In this document: positions 1-11,045 of the stretch, piece after piece | Layout of the letters: every line of letters starts with the position of its first letter | How positions within the stretch are numbered: the first letter of the stretch is position 1 | Assembly: GCF_003704095.1 (NCBI RefSeq) | Contig: NW_020847128.1 | Location: 1-64,000 of the forward strand | Origin: Pocillopora damicornis | Taxonomy: Eukaryota | DNA length: 64,000 bases | Direction of reading: 5' to 3' | Program-made: the position numbers and the translations under genes | The notes under the pieces: generated by a model | What the model saw: the letters and a program-made list of their open reading frames with translations, nothing else | What the model was told of the DNA's origin: nothing | Databases searched by the model: none

Positions 1-352
1 CAAATGGATTTGATTTTGCATTTTATTTGGTAGTGCGAGTTTTCTTGACTAATCGCGGACCAATTTAAACCCAAACGGAACCTTTTCCCAATGGTTTTGT
101 AACCAGTCAATAGCACCACCAACAACAATACTGATTCATTTAAGTTTCACCATAAAAACTAAATAGCATTCAATAAAATGAGATAATAATGATAACAATG
201 ACGATGACAACAATCATAACATTGATAATAACAATGATTATAACGAATCTTACAAGGCGACATTTGTTCACTGCATGCAAGGTATGTCGCCTGTGAAGTA
301 TGAAATAGTTTGGAATTACTCTAATTCTGTAAACTGTTACCTGGCATTTCAG

Positions 353-549
353 GTGGAAAGGAATGGCAGTTACTGGCAGAGCGACTGGGTTTGAGTCCGG
401 CAGAAATCCGTTTCCTTGACAATCGAGTACTAAACCCTTGCGATGCCGCGTTGGCCCATGCTCGTAAACAAGGCTTTATTCGCAATGTGGGAGAATTGTA
501 CGACAAGCTTGTTGAATGCGACTACCCTACGTGGGCTGATTTGCTGTAA
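353..549 (+). CDS. Terminal exon encoding a death domain (3' end of a gene that begins upstream of the window)
   Basis: ttcag acceptor at 351-352, phase-1 start. Translates (G)GKEWQLLAERLGLSPAEIRFLDNRVLNPCDAALAHARKQGFIRNVGELYDKLVECDYPTWADLL*, matching the death-fold pattern W-x-x-LA-x-x-LG...L-x-x-x-L...ADLL. 50/65 aa identical to the exon at 12588-12784. Not in the ORF track. Confidence 0.85.
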
Positions 550-641
550 AGAAGAAAGGGTAATAGTTGTTGCCTGAATTATTGTGTTTCTTCGTAGTGA
601 AACGACCTCCTTGAATACTGAACATGACAGTTAATTCTAGT

Positions 642-853
642 TTAACCCCTTGACCCCTAAGAGTGACTAGCATTTAATTTCTCGTTACAAAATCACCCCT
701 GAATCATTCATTAATGTCATGAGAATAAAGGAAATGATCACCAACTGAAGGAACTCTTGATTGTTAGACAAATTCTCCTTGTCAGCACCTTAGTAAATGT
801 ACTGAAAACAGTAAGGTGAATATGAATTCTGATGTTAGGGTGTAAAGGGTTAA
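642..853 (+). mobile_element. piggyBac-like MITE (TTAA|CCC...GGG|TTAA)
   Basis: Begins ttaacccct and ends aagggttaa. Related copies at 55564-55777 (inverted), 55122-55332, ~17695-17910, and partial copies at ~34251-34331 and ~35975-36060. Confidence 0.7.
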
Positions 854-3160
854 GNNNNNNNNNNNNNNNNNNNNNNNNNNNNNNNNNNNNNNNNNNNNNN
901 NNNNNNNNNNNNNNNNNNNNNNNNNNNNNNNNNNNNNNNNNNNNNNNNNNNNNNNNNNNNNNNNNNNNNNNNNNNNNNNNNNNNNNNNNNNNNNNNNNNN
1001 NNNNNNNNNNNNNNNNNNNNNNNNNNNNNNNNNNNNNNNNNNNNNNNNNNNNNNNNNNNNNNNNNNNNNNNNNNNNNNNNNNNNNNNNNNNNNNNNNNNN
1101 NNNNNNNNNNNNAAAAAAAAACCTCGCTAACTTAAACTTGAGTAGACAATAAACAACGATGAGCTGTTGATCGATGTAACGGTAAATGAAATGAAAATCT
1201 ATTTCTTGAAAAACTGCTTTGAGTTTGAGTTATCTGAGTTAGAGTCCGGANNNNNNNNNNNNNNNNNNNNNNNNNNNNNNNNNNNNNNNNNNNNNNNNNN
1301 NNNNNNNNNNNNNNNNNNNNNNNNNNNNNNNNNNNNNNNNNNNNNNNNNNTAAGAGAAAGTCTACGCAAGAGACTATGACCGGATATTAATTGAGCAAGC
1401 AATATCTTTTATTTCTCAGGGAAATATTATGTTCCTCAGTATTCTTTCCTCTTTTCGCTTCCGCAAGATGGGTTCGGATGAGCAATTGCAATTTGCAATT
1501 GTAATTAAGTATGTCAACAAAGTATGGCAGCGGTCGTTCGTTTTCATGCGCGATCCAAAATTTCAAGCTTTATATTACACTACCAAACATTAGATTATGA
1601 GTCTCTAACGAATGGCCCCGACGTATGAACGTTTGAAAATCATTTGAAAAAGTTCGTTTCGTTTGGATTGATTTTGCTTCGCAAAATACAGTAAGCCGTG
1701 GAATTTGACCTTGAATTACACCCACTTGAGCGTAAAGTTATAAAGTTTTGGTTCTTGCCTGTGTTTAACATAAATCACGTCTCACTCTCACTCACGCTCC
1801 CTTAGAATCTGAACGAACCAGACGTTTATAAACCACGTGGCACACTTGATCAAAAGCATTGGTTGTACGGCAGACAGAAAAGGATTCATAACAACTTCGA
1901 TCGATGCCACTCAAGACCTATAATAATTTGTATGCCTATATCCAACGTTACTTTCAGTTAAATGGTCGTGACCGAGGAGAACTTTCAAAGAAACCTCAGA
2001 CATTGATTCTTTAGCCGTTAAAAGTATTACCACTAGCCGTATTCTCTAAAGAGATAGCACACTTGATAGGCAGCGTAATACACAAGAAGGACTCAGGAAG
2101 ACATAGCAATAAATAATGTAGAATATTGCAACGGATTCTAACCCGCCACAGACATGTTTCATGACAGAACAATCCGTTATAATTACCTGGTTCATGATCA
2201 CGCCTCCGTCTTTTCCCACGGAAAATATGTCTCAGTCTGTTCATCGAAGTTGCTTAAACTTTAGCTGCGTAAAACACGGACCAAATCAAAATTTTAAATT
2301 CCGTTCCTCGTGTAGCCTACGTGTAGCCGTACCCTCCTCGGATGGTGAAACGGAAGCGAGGGAATGTCTACACAAACCCGACACTTATCGTGTTCCGTGA
2401 CGTCACTCTGGTTTAAGCAAATTGTTATGTTTTATGTTTTGTTGCGAAGTGACAAGTGTCAGCGTGAAGGTTATCGAGATACAACAACAGAAAGAAAAGA
2501 ACAACATTGAAGTGTATTTCATGATCATTTTCCATTTTTCGGGTAAATTTGCAATTCAGCATCCGAGTTCAAATGAATATTTTGCATTAAAAGAAAATAT
2601 TATAAGCGATTTTTGGTATAGAGTTAGAGTAGGACAATGTTCGATTAGCATCGCGCTTACGAAACTAGATTTCAATTTTAACCTAGCTATGAATGCACAA
2701 GTGTCATGTCACGCAACTTCTGTTTAGTACTTACCGNNNNNNNNNNNNNNNNNNNNNNNNNNNNNNNNNNNNNNNNNNNNNNNNNNNNNNNNNNNNNNNN
2801 NNNNNNNNNNNNNNNNNNNNNNNNNNNNNNNNNNNNCTTCAGGATAAGCTTGAAGTTTAATTAATAGATTTAACTAAATACTTGTCTAAGTAAATTTGTA
2901 ACTCAGTCGAAACCCGTAACTCGTACGCTTGGAGCACGAAAATGAGTTCTGGATATTCAAACGACAGTCAGCTTCGGTCGTAAAGCTTTGCACATGTCAT
3001 GTGATTTGGGTGGTCGGAAGTAACTTTGACTTCCGGTCGCTTAAATTTGAAGAAAATTTCAGTCTCAAAGACAAATTTAGTTAGCTCCCACTGCAGTAAC
3101 GAAAAATACAAAGATTAATTAATTAATTATTCCTTTCGTACTTGTTGGATATGAGATGGA

Positions 3161-4456
3161 TTATATCAAACTCCGTGCTACACGCCTCGTTGGATACCAA
3201 CTATGGCCTTGAAAGAATTCATACCCGGCATTCTGAAGGCTCATTAACCCTGGGCTAGCGATTTCAACATCTGTGCAATCAATGATAACCCTACAATTAC
3301 CAAATAAATGAAACGAGGAAGGGGCACAGGTCTTGTTCTTGTCCCTAGAAGGTATACTGCACATGAAATCGTCAAAAAATAAACTATGTAAAACATGCAC
3401 AAACGTCACAAAAATGTTAGTTATAGTAGTAACACTACAACAAAATAATTGTGCCAGATGGAGGTTGGTATAGTTTTGCCTCAGTTTCATTAGTGTAACA
3501 AACACCTGATCGTCTAACTTGATAGAATCGACTTTCCACCCGTAATAATAGCTAATATTGTCTTTAAATCTTAAAATGTAATTGACATTGACTTCGTTGA
3601 GAGCCCAGTTTCCATCCTTAATACGTCAGTATCGATGGCAGCCACTGAATATCTTGTTCTTTGGTAGACTTGCTGTTCCCTAAGTTCTCTTAGCTCCTTC
3701 TTTACACAGTCTAATTCGGCTTCTAGAATTGTCAGACTGGCAGAGGTAACTTTTTCTTCGTTAGTTTTCAAGTCAGGTGACTCTTCGAGTTTGTGCTCTA
3801 ATTCTGTGTTACTTGTCGCCGTTCGCTTTCTTTTTTCCACGGAGAAGTCATTGCAAATATCTTATTAATGTTCCTGGCAAATAATTCGGGTCCAAGAATC
3901 TTTTTTTTATCGCGGAAATGACAGCTACATACTCTAGAGTTGGAATTAGGATCACGATCTCCCCTCCTGAAAGGCAAGTTCGGTAATTGTAAATCGGCTG
4001 CGACCATAAGCGTAATCCCTGTCAAGTGAAACAAACTCATCTAACAGATACCGTAAAAAACTTACCTGATGAGGTCCTTCCAGCGTTTATGTTGTGTCTC
4101 GTCCTTTGGAAAACGAAAAAACTGACAGGTATGACTTTGCGATTGATGATTGCAGTCAGGGACGAAACACTTCACCACGGCCGATAAGATCGTACATGAA
4201 TGCGACGATAACCGCCAAAAAAAGAAAACGTTTCAACACAGTCTAGAAATTCGTCAAGTTTCAAATCAAAGAGGCAAACGTTTAAAAGCTATAGACGAAT
4301 GTTTAAAGCAAATTAGTAGCACTGAACGTGACTAAACATAACAGCGCGCTGCGTCGATGTGGTTCATTCTCTTCTTGTTATTGGCTCGATCTCGGATTGT
4401 TTAGAACCAAAAAAATGGTTACCATGGAACTGTGACGTCACACTTTACCACTCTAT
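3161..4456 (-). mobile_element. Decayed ISL2EU/Harbinger-superfamily DNA transposon (THAP + coiled coil + HTH + truncated DDE_Tnp_4)
   Basis: Exon 4178-4066 gives VVKCFVPDCNHQSQSHTCQFFRFPKDETQHKRWKDLIR and splices to 3966 (RGDRDPNSNSRVCSCHF), forming a C2CH THAP domain. An HTH (LDDQVFVTLMKLRQNYTNLHLAQLF) and the first catalytic Asp motif (CRVIIDCTD) follow. Frameshifts near 3840 and 3575, start codon is GTG, truncated near 3200. Probable terminus AT|AGAGTGGTAAAGTGTGACGTCAC at ~4456. Confidence 0.8.
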
Positions 4457-4916
4457 AGGCGCCTGGCGCTTATTCAAAATTTCGGCTAAAAGGAGGGGCA
4501 AAGAGGGCCGTTTAATAGAGAGAGCGCTTAATAAGTTTTCATTTCAGCAAAATGTAACTTAAGGTTGGGTAACCTTTTTAAAGAAAAACAAAAACTGCCA
4601 CAAAGACGTAGAGTCCATATTAATGTCTTTCGTTTGTTAAAACAGTGGTTGGTAGTCAAGCGCACCGTAGTCTTATTCAACACTTTACACACAGATGTAT
4701 CGGCATGTTCTTAAATATCGATTATCTCATCATTCTCGTCAACGATATGCAGATCGTTGCATTCCTCTTGATCCATTAGGCGGTGAAAGTGAAGACGGAG
4801 GGAGGGCACGTTTTCAAGGGGGGCACTTGTTCGACATCATGGCCTAGTGGGTGGGCGCTTATTCGGGGGAGGGCGTTTATTGGAGCGTTGGCACTTATCC
4901 TCGGATATTATCGGTA
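4457..4916. mobile_element. MITE with repeated ATAAGCGCCC subterminal motifs
   Basis: Repeated ggcgcttatt motifs and a ...cggta end. A copy lies in the inverted duplicate (~9296-9760) and a related element at ~53301-53590. Confidence 0.55.
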
Positions 4917-4975
4917 TTTACCATCTCATATCCAACACGTGTTCATGGAGTAAATTTTTTCCTGATTCTTTTCAG

Positions 4976-6655
4976 CCCAACGCAGTGGTCCTCTGAAGCG
5001 TCACACTGTTGATGAAGTCTACACAACGCCTCCATCCGGCCAAATATCTATGCTGATGAGGACACCTCTGGATCCTCCAGTTCCGTTGCGGCCGCGCTCT
5101 AAAAGTTATCCTGACCTTGATATTTTTAAAGAGGTAAGGTGACATTCTGCCCTCCTTCCTGATTTTGATTTTTCACTTCGACTACGGCTTAATCTACTTG
5201 TTAACAGCAAATACTTTAGAGTCACAGTCAATACTTAAACTTAAACATGAAGATGGAACGGGAAACGATTAAAAGTATTAACGCTTGCATTATGATGATC
5301 GACAGGCTCTTCAAATTGGAGGAGAAGACGATAACGAACATGAATCAGGTGAGTTTTGTATCTTTCCTAGAAAATTAATTGTGTGGTTATCTTTTTGTCA
5401 AGAAATACTTACTCACAAGTTTCTGAATATTTCAACATCGTTTGCCGTTCTAATTTATGTAAGGCTTTCACCCGGGGATACTTTTTCTGTTGCTGACAGT
5501 GTTCTTTAAAAAATAATAGAAGAATTTGAATAAGAAAATGAAACAAGCAACCTACAACTGTACAACTATGGTAGCACGATGGAAGTCTTAAATAAAATTG
5601 CAGTCTTTGAAAGCAACCAAGGAATAACTGTAAAATCGCGAGGTAGATCCTCATTTGAGGTGATCCCATGACACCCGCCGACTTACACTCCATTCTAACT
5701 AGAAATGACAGTTTCTAGCCTCGATCCAAATAATCTTACACTTAGAATAGGTCTGTAGATTGTAAATGTCCTTTTTTGTTCTATTTGTTGTTTATTTGTT
5801 GTCTAATTGTTTTACTATTTTGTTGCAGTTCCTGGGGAAATCGTTGCTCGAGGCCCTAAGGCCCTCGAAGCTTACCATCGAGCCATCGAAGAAGGAAAAG
5901 CTAGTGTGAAAAGAGTGCCAATCATGTTCATTGGGCAAGGTCAGTCGGGAAAAACAAGTTTAAAGAGATCACTTATAGGAGAGGAATTCAATCCAGAAGA
6001 AAGCAGTACTATAGGCATCGAAACAGATCCTTCCTATTGTAAAGTATCAACGGAAGTTTGGAAAATGGGAGAGGCAACCCACGAAAGAGATTCAAGCATG
6101 GAGCCAATCTCTTTCGAAAAACACACAGCTCAATACATTGTTAACAGCCTCGAGAAAAACGAACGAAGAAAAAAACTCAAGCCTAGCCCATCTCGTTGCG
6201 ACAATGTATCTGAGAAGAATGGAGGTCCATCTTCCCTAAATCATAATGGTGTGTCATCCGGTGCACCAAAGGTTAAAGCCGTGCCAGAAGAAATAGCATC
6301 ATTAGTTACGAAGCTACTTCAAGTTGTGCGCGTTGACGAAGACAAAGACGAAATCTTTTCAACTTTGTGGGATTTTGGCGGGCAGTCAGTTTATTATTCT
6401 ACCCACCCACTTTTTCTAACAAGAGGGGAAGTTTACCTTTTGGTTTATAATCTTAACCGAAATCCAGAGGAGAAGTCTATATCCCGAGTGAAGCGAGGAT
6501 TATTCAAATCTATCAAAGGCATTCATTGTGAGAAAAGTAATTTGGATTATCTCGACTTTTGGATGTCCTCGGTTTCTAGTTTGGCTCCAAACAGTGAGAA
6601 GCCTCACGAAACCCCTTCAACTTCCATGCAACCAGAACTGCTGCAGCCCCCAGTT
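4976..6655 (+). CDS. ROCO-family (Roc-COR) GTPase, copy B, partial (5' exons missing, runs into gap)
   Basis: Phase-consistent exons 4976-5133, 5306-5348 and 5829-6655(gap). Contains VPGEIVARGPKALEAY, P-loop GQGQSGKTS, switch I STIGIE and switch II LWDFGGQSVYYSTHPLFL. Confidence 0.88.
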
Positions 6656-6755
6656 NNNNNNNNNNNNNNNNNNNNNNNNNNNNNNNNNNNNNNNNNNNNN
6701 NNNNNNNNNNNNNNNNNNNNNNNNNNNNNNNNNNNNNNNNNNNNNNNNNNNNNNN

Positions 6756-9236
6756 TCTTCGGGGGGGACATCAACATGGAAGGTACAAGATACTCACTGG
6801 GTGACCCACTCTCGTCAGACGACGGCCAAGGGCATAACAAACCAAATTTCTCCATCATGTTGATAAGACTGTCGACGTCAAAATTTTCTCGGGTGTCAAG
6901 AAGAGGATCCCACAAGTCTTCTAAAAGTCGCTTTTCCAAGATTCCCCTTTTCTCAAGCTTTTTCCACTGTTCTGTATGTTCCTTTTTACTCTTCTTGAAG
7001 GGCGGAATAGTAATCACCTCCTTGAACACGTCTATCAACCACTGTGGATCCAAAATAACGATTTTGTTTAACTCTCGGGTGTCGTCAAAATGAATCAAAA
7101 TTCTCTGGTCGTGTAGGAGGTTCAACATAGCTAGAAACTGCTCTTCGTTGGAAATTCCGCATACCTCACGTGCAATTCTTTCCGCATCTTCGATGTAAAT
7201 CCATTTGCTTCCGTGCTCAACCGTCTCTTTTACAGCCTTTTCAAACTTCAGCCATTTGATTGGAATAACCTCTTTCAGCTGAGGCAGCTTCTTGGCAGTG
7301 TCCAGCACCCCTTTTCTCAAACGAATAACCCCTTCACATTCTTCCTTACTCCCAGACTTAGTGTTGTCTACGACAAAGAAGTCCAGAATTTGTTTACCAT
7401 AACTTTTTTCCTTCAAATTTCCAAAAATCTCTCTTGCAAGCTCTTCAGGATCTGCACCTTTGTGAGGCTTGTCAGCATGGGTAAAGACCAGAATAACTGG
7501 GGGCTGCAGCAGTTCTGGTTGCATGGAAGTTGAAGGGGTTTCGTGAGGTTTCTCACTGTTTGGAACCAAACTAGAAACTGAGGACATCCAAAAGTTGAGA
7601 TAATCCATATTACTCTTCTTAGAAAGAACGTCTTTGATAGACTTGAATAATCCTCGCTTTACTCGAGATATAGACTTCTCCTCTGGATCTCGGTTGAGAT
7701 TATAAACCAAAAGGTAAATTGCCCCTCTTGTTAGAAAAAGTGGGTGGGTAGAATAATAAACTGACTGCCCGCCAAAATCCCACAAAGTTGAAAAGATTTC
7801 ATCTTTGTCTTCGTCAACGCGCACAACTTGAAGTAGCCTGGTAACTAATGACGCTATTTCTTCTGGCACGGCTTTAACCTTTGGTGCACCGGATGATACA
7901 CAATTATTATTTAGGGAACATGGACCTCCTTTCTTCTCATGTACATTGTCGTAACGAGATGGGCTAGGCTTGAGTTCTTTTCTTCGTTCGTTTTTCTCGA
8001 GGCTGTTAACAATATATTGAGCTGTGTGTCTTTCAAAAGAGATTGGCTCCATGCTTGAATCTCTTTCGTGGGTTGCCTCTCCCATTTTCCAAACTTCCGT
8101 TGATACTTTACAATAGGAAGGATCTGTTTCGATGCCTATAGTACTGCATTCTTCTGGATTGAATTCCTCTCCTATAAGTGATCTCTTTAAACTTGTTTTT
8201 CCCGACTGACCTTGCCCAATGAACATGATTGGCACTCTTTTCACACTAGTTTTTCCTTCTTCGATGGCTCAATGGTAAGCTTCGAGGGCCTTAGGGCCTC
8301 GAGCAACGATTTCCACAGGAACTGCAACAAAATAGTAAAACGATTAGATAACAAATAAACAACAAATAGAACAAAAAAGGACATTTACTATCTACAGACC
8401 TATTATTATTTGGATCAAGGCTAGAAATTGTCATTTCTAGTTAGAATGGAGTGTAAGTCGGTGGGGATCTACCTCGCGATTCTACAGTTGTTCCTTGAAA
8501 TAATAATTTCTGTAATGTTGTAAGGTGTTTTGCTTTGTTGCTTTAAAGACTTTTTAGACTACCATCGTGCTACCATAGTTGTACAGTTGTAGGTTGCTTG
8601 TTTCATTTTCCTACTCAAATTCTTTTATTATTTTTTAAAGAACACTGCCAGCGACAGAAAAAGTCTCCCCGGGTGAAAGCCTTACATAAACTAGAACAGC
8701 AAACAATGGTGAAATATTCTGAAATCTGTGAGTAAGTATTTCTTAACAAAAAGATAACCAGACAATTAATTTTCGAGGAAGATACAAAACTCACTTGATT
8801 CATGTTCGTTATCGTCTTCTCCTCCAATTTGACGAGCCTGTCGATCATCATAATGCAAGCGTTAATACTTTTAATCGTTTCCTGTTCCATCTTCAGGTTT
8901 AGGTTTAAATATTGAAAAGTGTCGTCTGAAGGCCCTAAAATGCTACTCCCCCTTTGACTGTGCTCTAAATTATTTGCTGTTAACAAGTAGATTAAGCCAT
9001 GGTCGAAGTGAAAAATCAAAATCGGAAAGGAGGGGCAGAATGTCACCTTACCTCTTTAAAAATATCAAGGTTAGGATAACTTTTAGACCGCTGCCGCCGA
9101 AACGGAACTGGAGTATCTAGAGGTTTCTCCGTCGGCATAGATATTTGGACTGGAGGCACTGCGTAGACTACATCAGTAGTGCGAAAATTCACAGGAAGAT
9201 TAAACTGAAGACGCTCAGGAGGAGCACTGCGTTGGG
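6756..9236 (-). pseudogene. ROCO-family (Roc-COR) GTPase, copy C, with premature TGA, partial
   Basis: Exons 9236-9052, 8837-8795 and 8321-6756(gap). Same Roc motifs as copy B plus G4 FTHADK and G5 VDN. COR motifs PIKWLKFE, LLHDQRILIHF, ILDPQWLIDVFKEVIT and YLVPSML. A CGA>TGA change at 8269-8271 (AYH*) lies just upstream of the P-loop. Confidence 0.8.
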
Positions 9237-11045
9237 CTGAAAAGAATCACGAAAAAGTTTATTCCATGAACACGTGCTGGATATGAGATAGTAAATACCG
9301 ATTATATCCTAGGATAAGTGGCAACGCTCTAATAAACGCCCTCCCCCGAATAAGCGCCCACCCACTAGGACATGATGTCGAACAAGTGCCCCCCTTGAAA
9401 AAGTTCCCTCCCTCCGTCTTCACTTTCACCGCCTAATGGATCAAGAGGAATGCAACGATCTGCATATAATTGACGAAAATGATGAAATGATCGATATTTA
9501 AGAACATGCCGATACATCTGTGTGTAAAGTGTTGGTGTTGAATAAGACTATGGTGCGCTTGACTACTAACCATTGTTTTAACAAACGAAAGACATCAATA
9601 TGGACTCGACGTCTTTGCGGCAGTTTTTGTTTTTTTTTGAAAAGGTTACCCAAAATTAAGTTATATTTCGCTGAAATGAAAACTTAATAAGCGCTCTCTT
9701 TATTAAGCCGCCCTCTTTGCCCCTCCTCTTAGCCGAAATTTTGAATAAGCGCTAGGCGCCTATAGAGTGGTAAAGTGTGATGTCACGGTTCCATGGTAAC
9801 CATTTTCTTGGTTCTAAACAATTCGAGATCGAGCCAATAACAAGAAGAGATTGAACCACATCGACGCAACGCGCTGTTATGTTTAGTCACATTCAGTGTT
9901 ACTAATTTCCTCTAAACATTCGTCCATAGCTTTTAAACGTTTACTTCTTTGATTTGCAACTTTACGAATTTCTAGACTGTGTTGAAAGGTTTTTTTTTTG
10001 GCGATTATCGTCGCATTCATGTACGATCTTATCGGCTACTCGAACAGATTTCAAAGGAGAGCATTTCTATCTAAAGATCATGGCTCAACCTTGAAATTTC
10101 GTCGAAAATGTTCCAAGTCATCCTGGAATGCAGTATGGTAACCGGCCGTTCTTTCTGTTGTGTGAGCGTTTTACTTTTCCTAGACCATAACACATGATAA
10201 AACGTCAATGTCGAGTACAATTTTAAAGTAGAACGTCAAAGACGTGTAAGTATACGTAATATTGTGATATCGCAAGAGATGACATTGAGTGTGCAGCCCA
10301 CTTCGTATCCGAACGCCCGATCCGAGCAACGAAAAATCAAAGCTCCAAATGACCTTTTCTTAAAATTCTTATGTACGTAGTAAACCTCGAAATGGATAAA
10401 ACGCTAAAACGGGTTCCCTTCAACGTAGTAAGCGGTCGGATAGCAAGCGATGCACTGTGGAAGTAAGGTGAGGTATTTTTATCGAGAATTTGACTTATTT
10501 TTTATTCCTTAGAGCGGTGGTAAATATTCCCATACAAACTCTTATAATTTCGCCATGACTGTTATTTCGCAAGATGATCATCTCACAGCTGGAGCTTGGG
10601 CCACCTGTGTTCTGACAAGCCTTTCTCCGATTGCTGCCGTTACCTGCTTTCCTCGGTCAGCATTAGATTCCATCTACCAAAACCACCTTGGTCGAGAGGG
10701 ACTGAGATGGAATGATGGACAACTCATTACTAGTTATACTAAATGAAAATTACGAAGCTACGACAACATGCCGACTTATCCCGATGACCTAAGTGTATTA
10801 TTTGTTTGGGAAATTGCGTCAAGACTTTTTACTCAAGAAATAGTGAGTATTAATTTATTGTTCGATTGTAGTATTATAAAACATTTAACGTAATTTTATG
10901 CAGATATTTCACGTATTTAAAAGGTGCCCAGATGTTACGTAGTTTNNNNNNNNNNNNNNNNNNNNNNNNNNNNNNNNNNNNNNNNNNNNNNNNNNNNNNN
11001 NNNNNNNNNNNNNNNNNNNNNNNNNNNNNNNNNNNNNNNNNNNNN

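Larger units (their letters stand above)
4180..10036. repeat. ~2.5 kb inverted duplication: arms 4180-6655 and 10036-7495
   Basis: The reverse complement of 7495-10036 aligns with 4180-6655 through the transposon end, MITE, introns and exons, with substitutions and indels. Confidence 0.95.

Noticed and set aside
181-281. Possible Asn/Asp-rich exon spliced to the first death-domain exon
   Set aside because: It is a degenerate (AAT/GAT/AAC)n microsatellite with no similarity to the equivalent 78-bp exon (11944-12021) of the paralog.
5807-7093. 428-aa ORF as a single protein
   Set aside because: It reads through the N gap into the antisense strand of the COR domain of copy C. The first 7 codons are intronic; the real exon starts at 5829.
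6604-8244. 546-aa ORF with its own start codon
   Set aside because: The start is an internal GTG after a premature stop. The exon really begins at 8321, and the tail beyond the gap is antisense to copy B.
10587-10673. Candidate first ROCO exon on the minus strand (MESNADRGKQ...)
   Set aside because: It ends in phase 0 while the next exon needs phase 1, and copy B has no counterpart.
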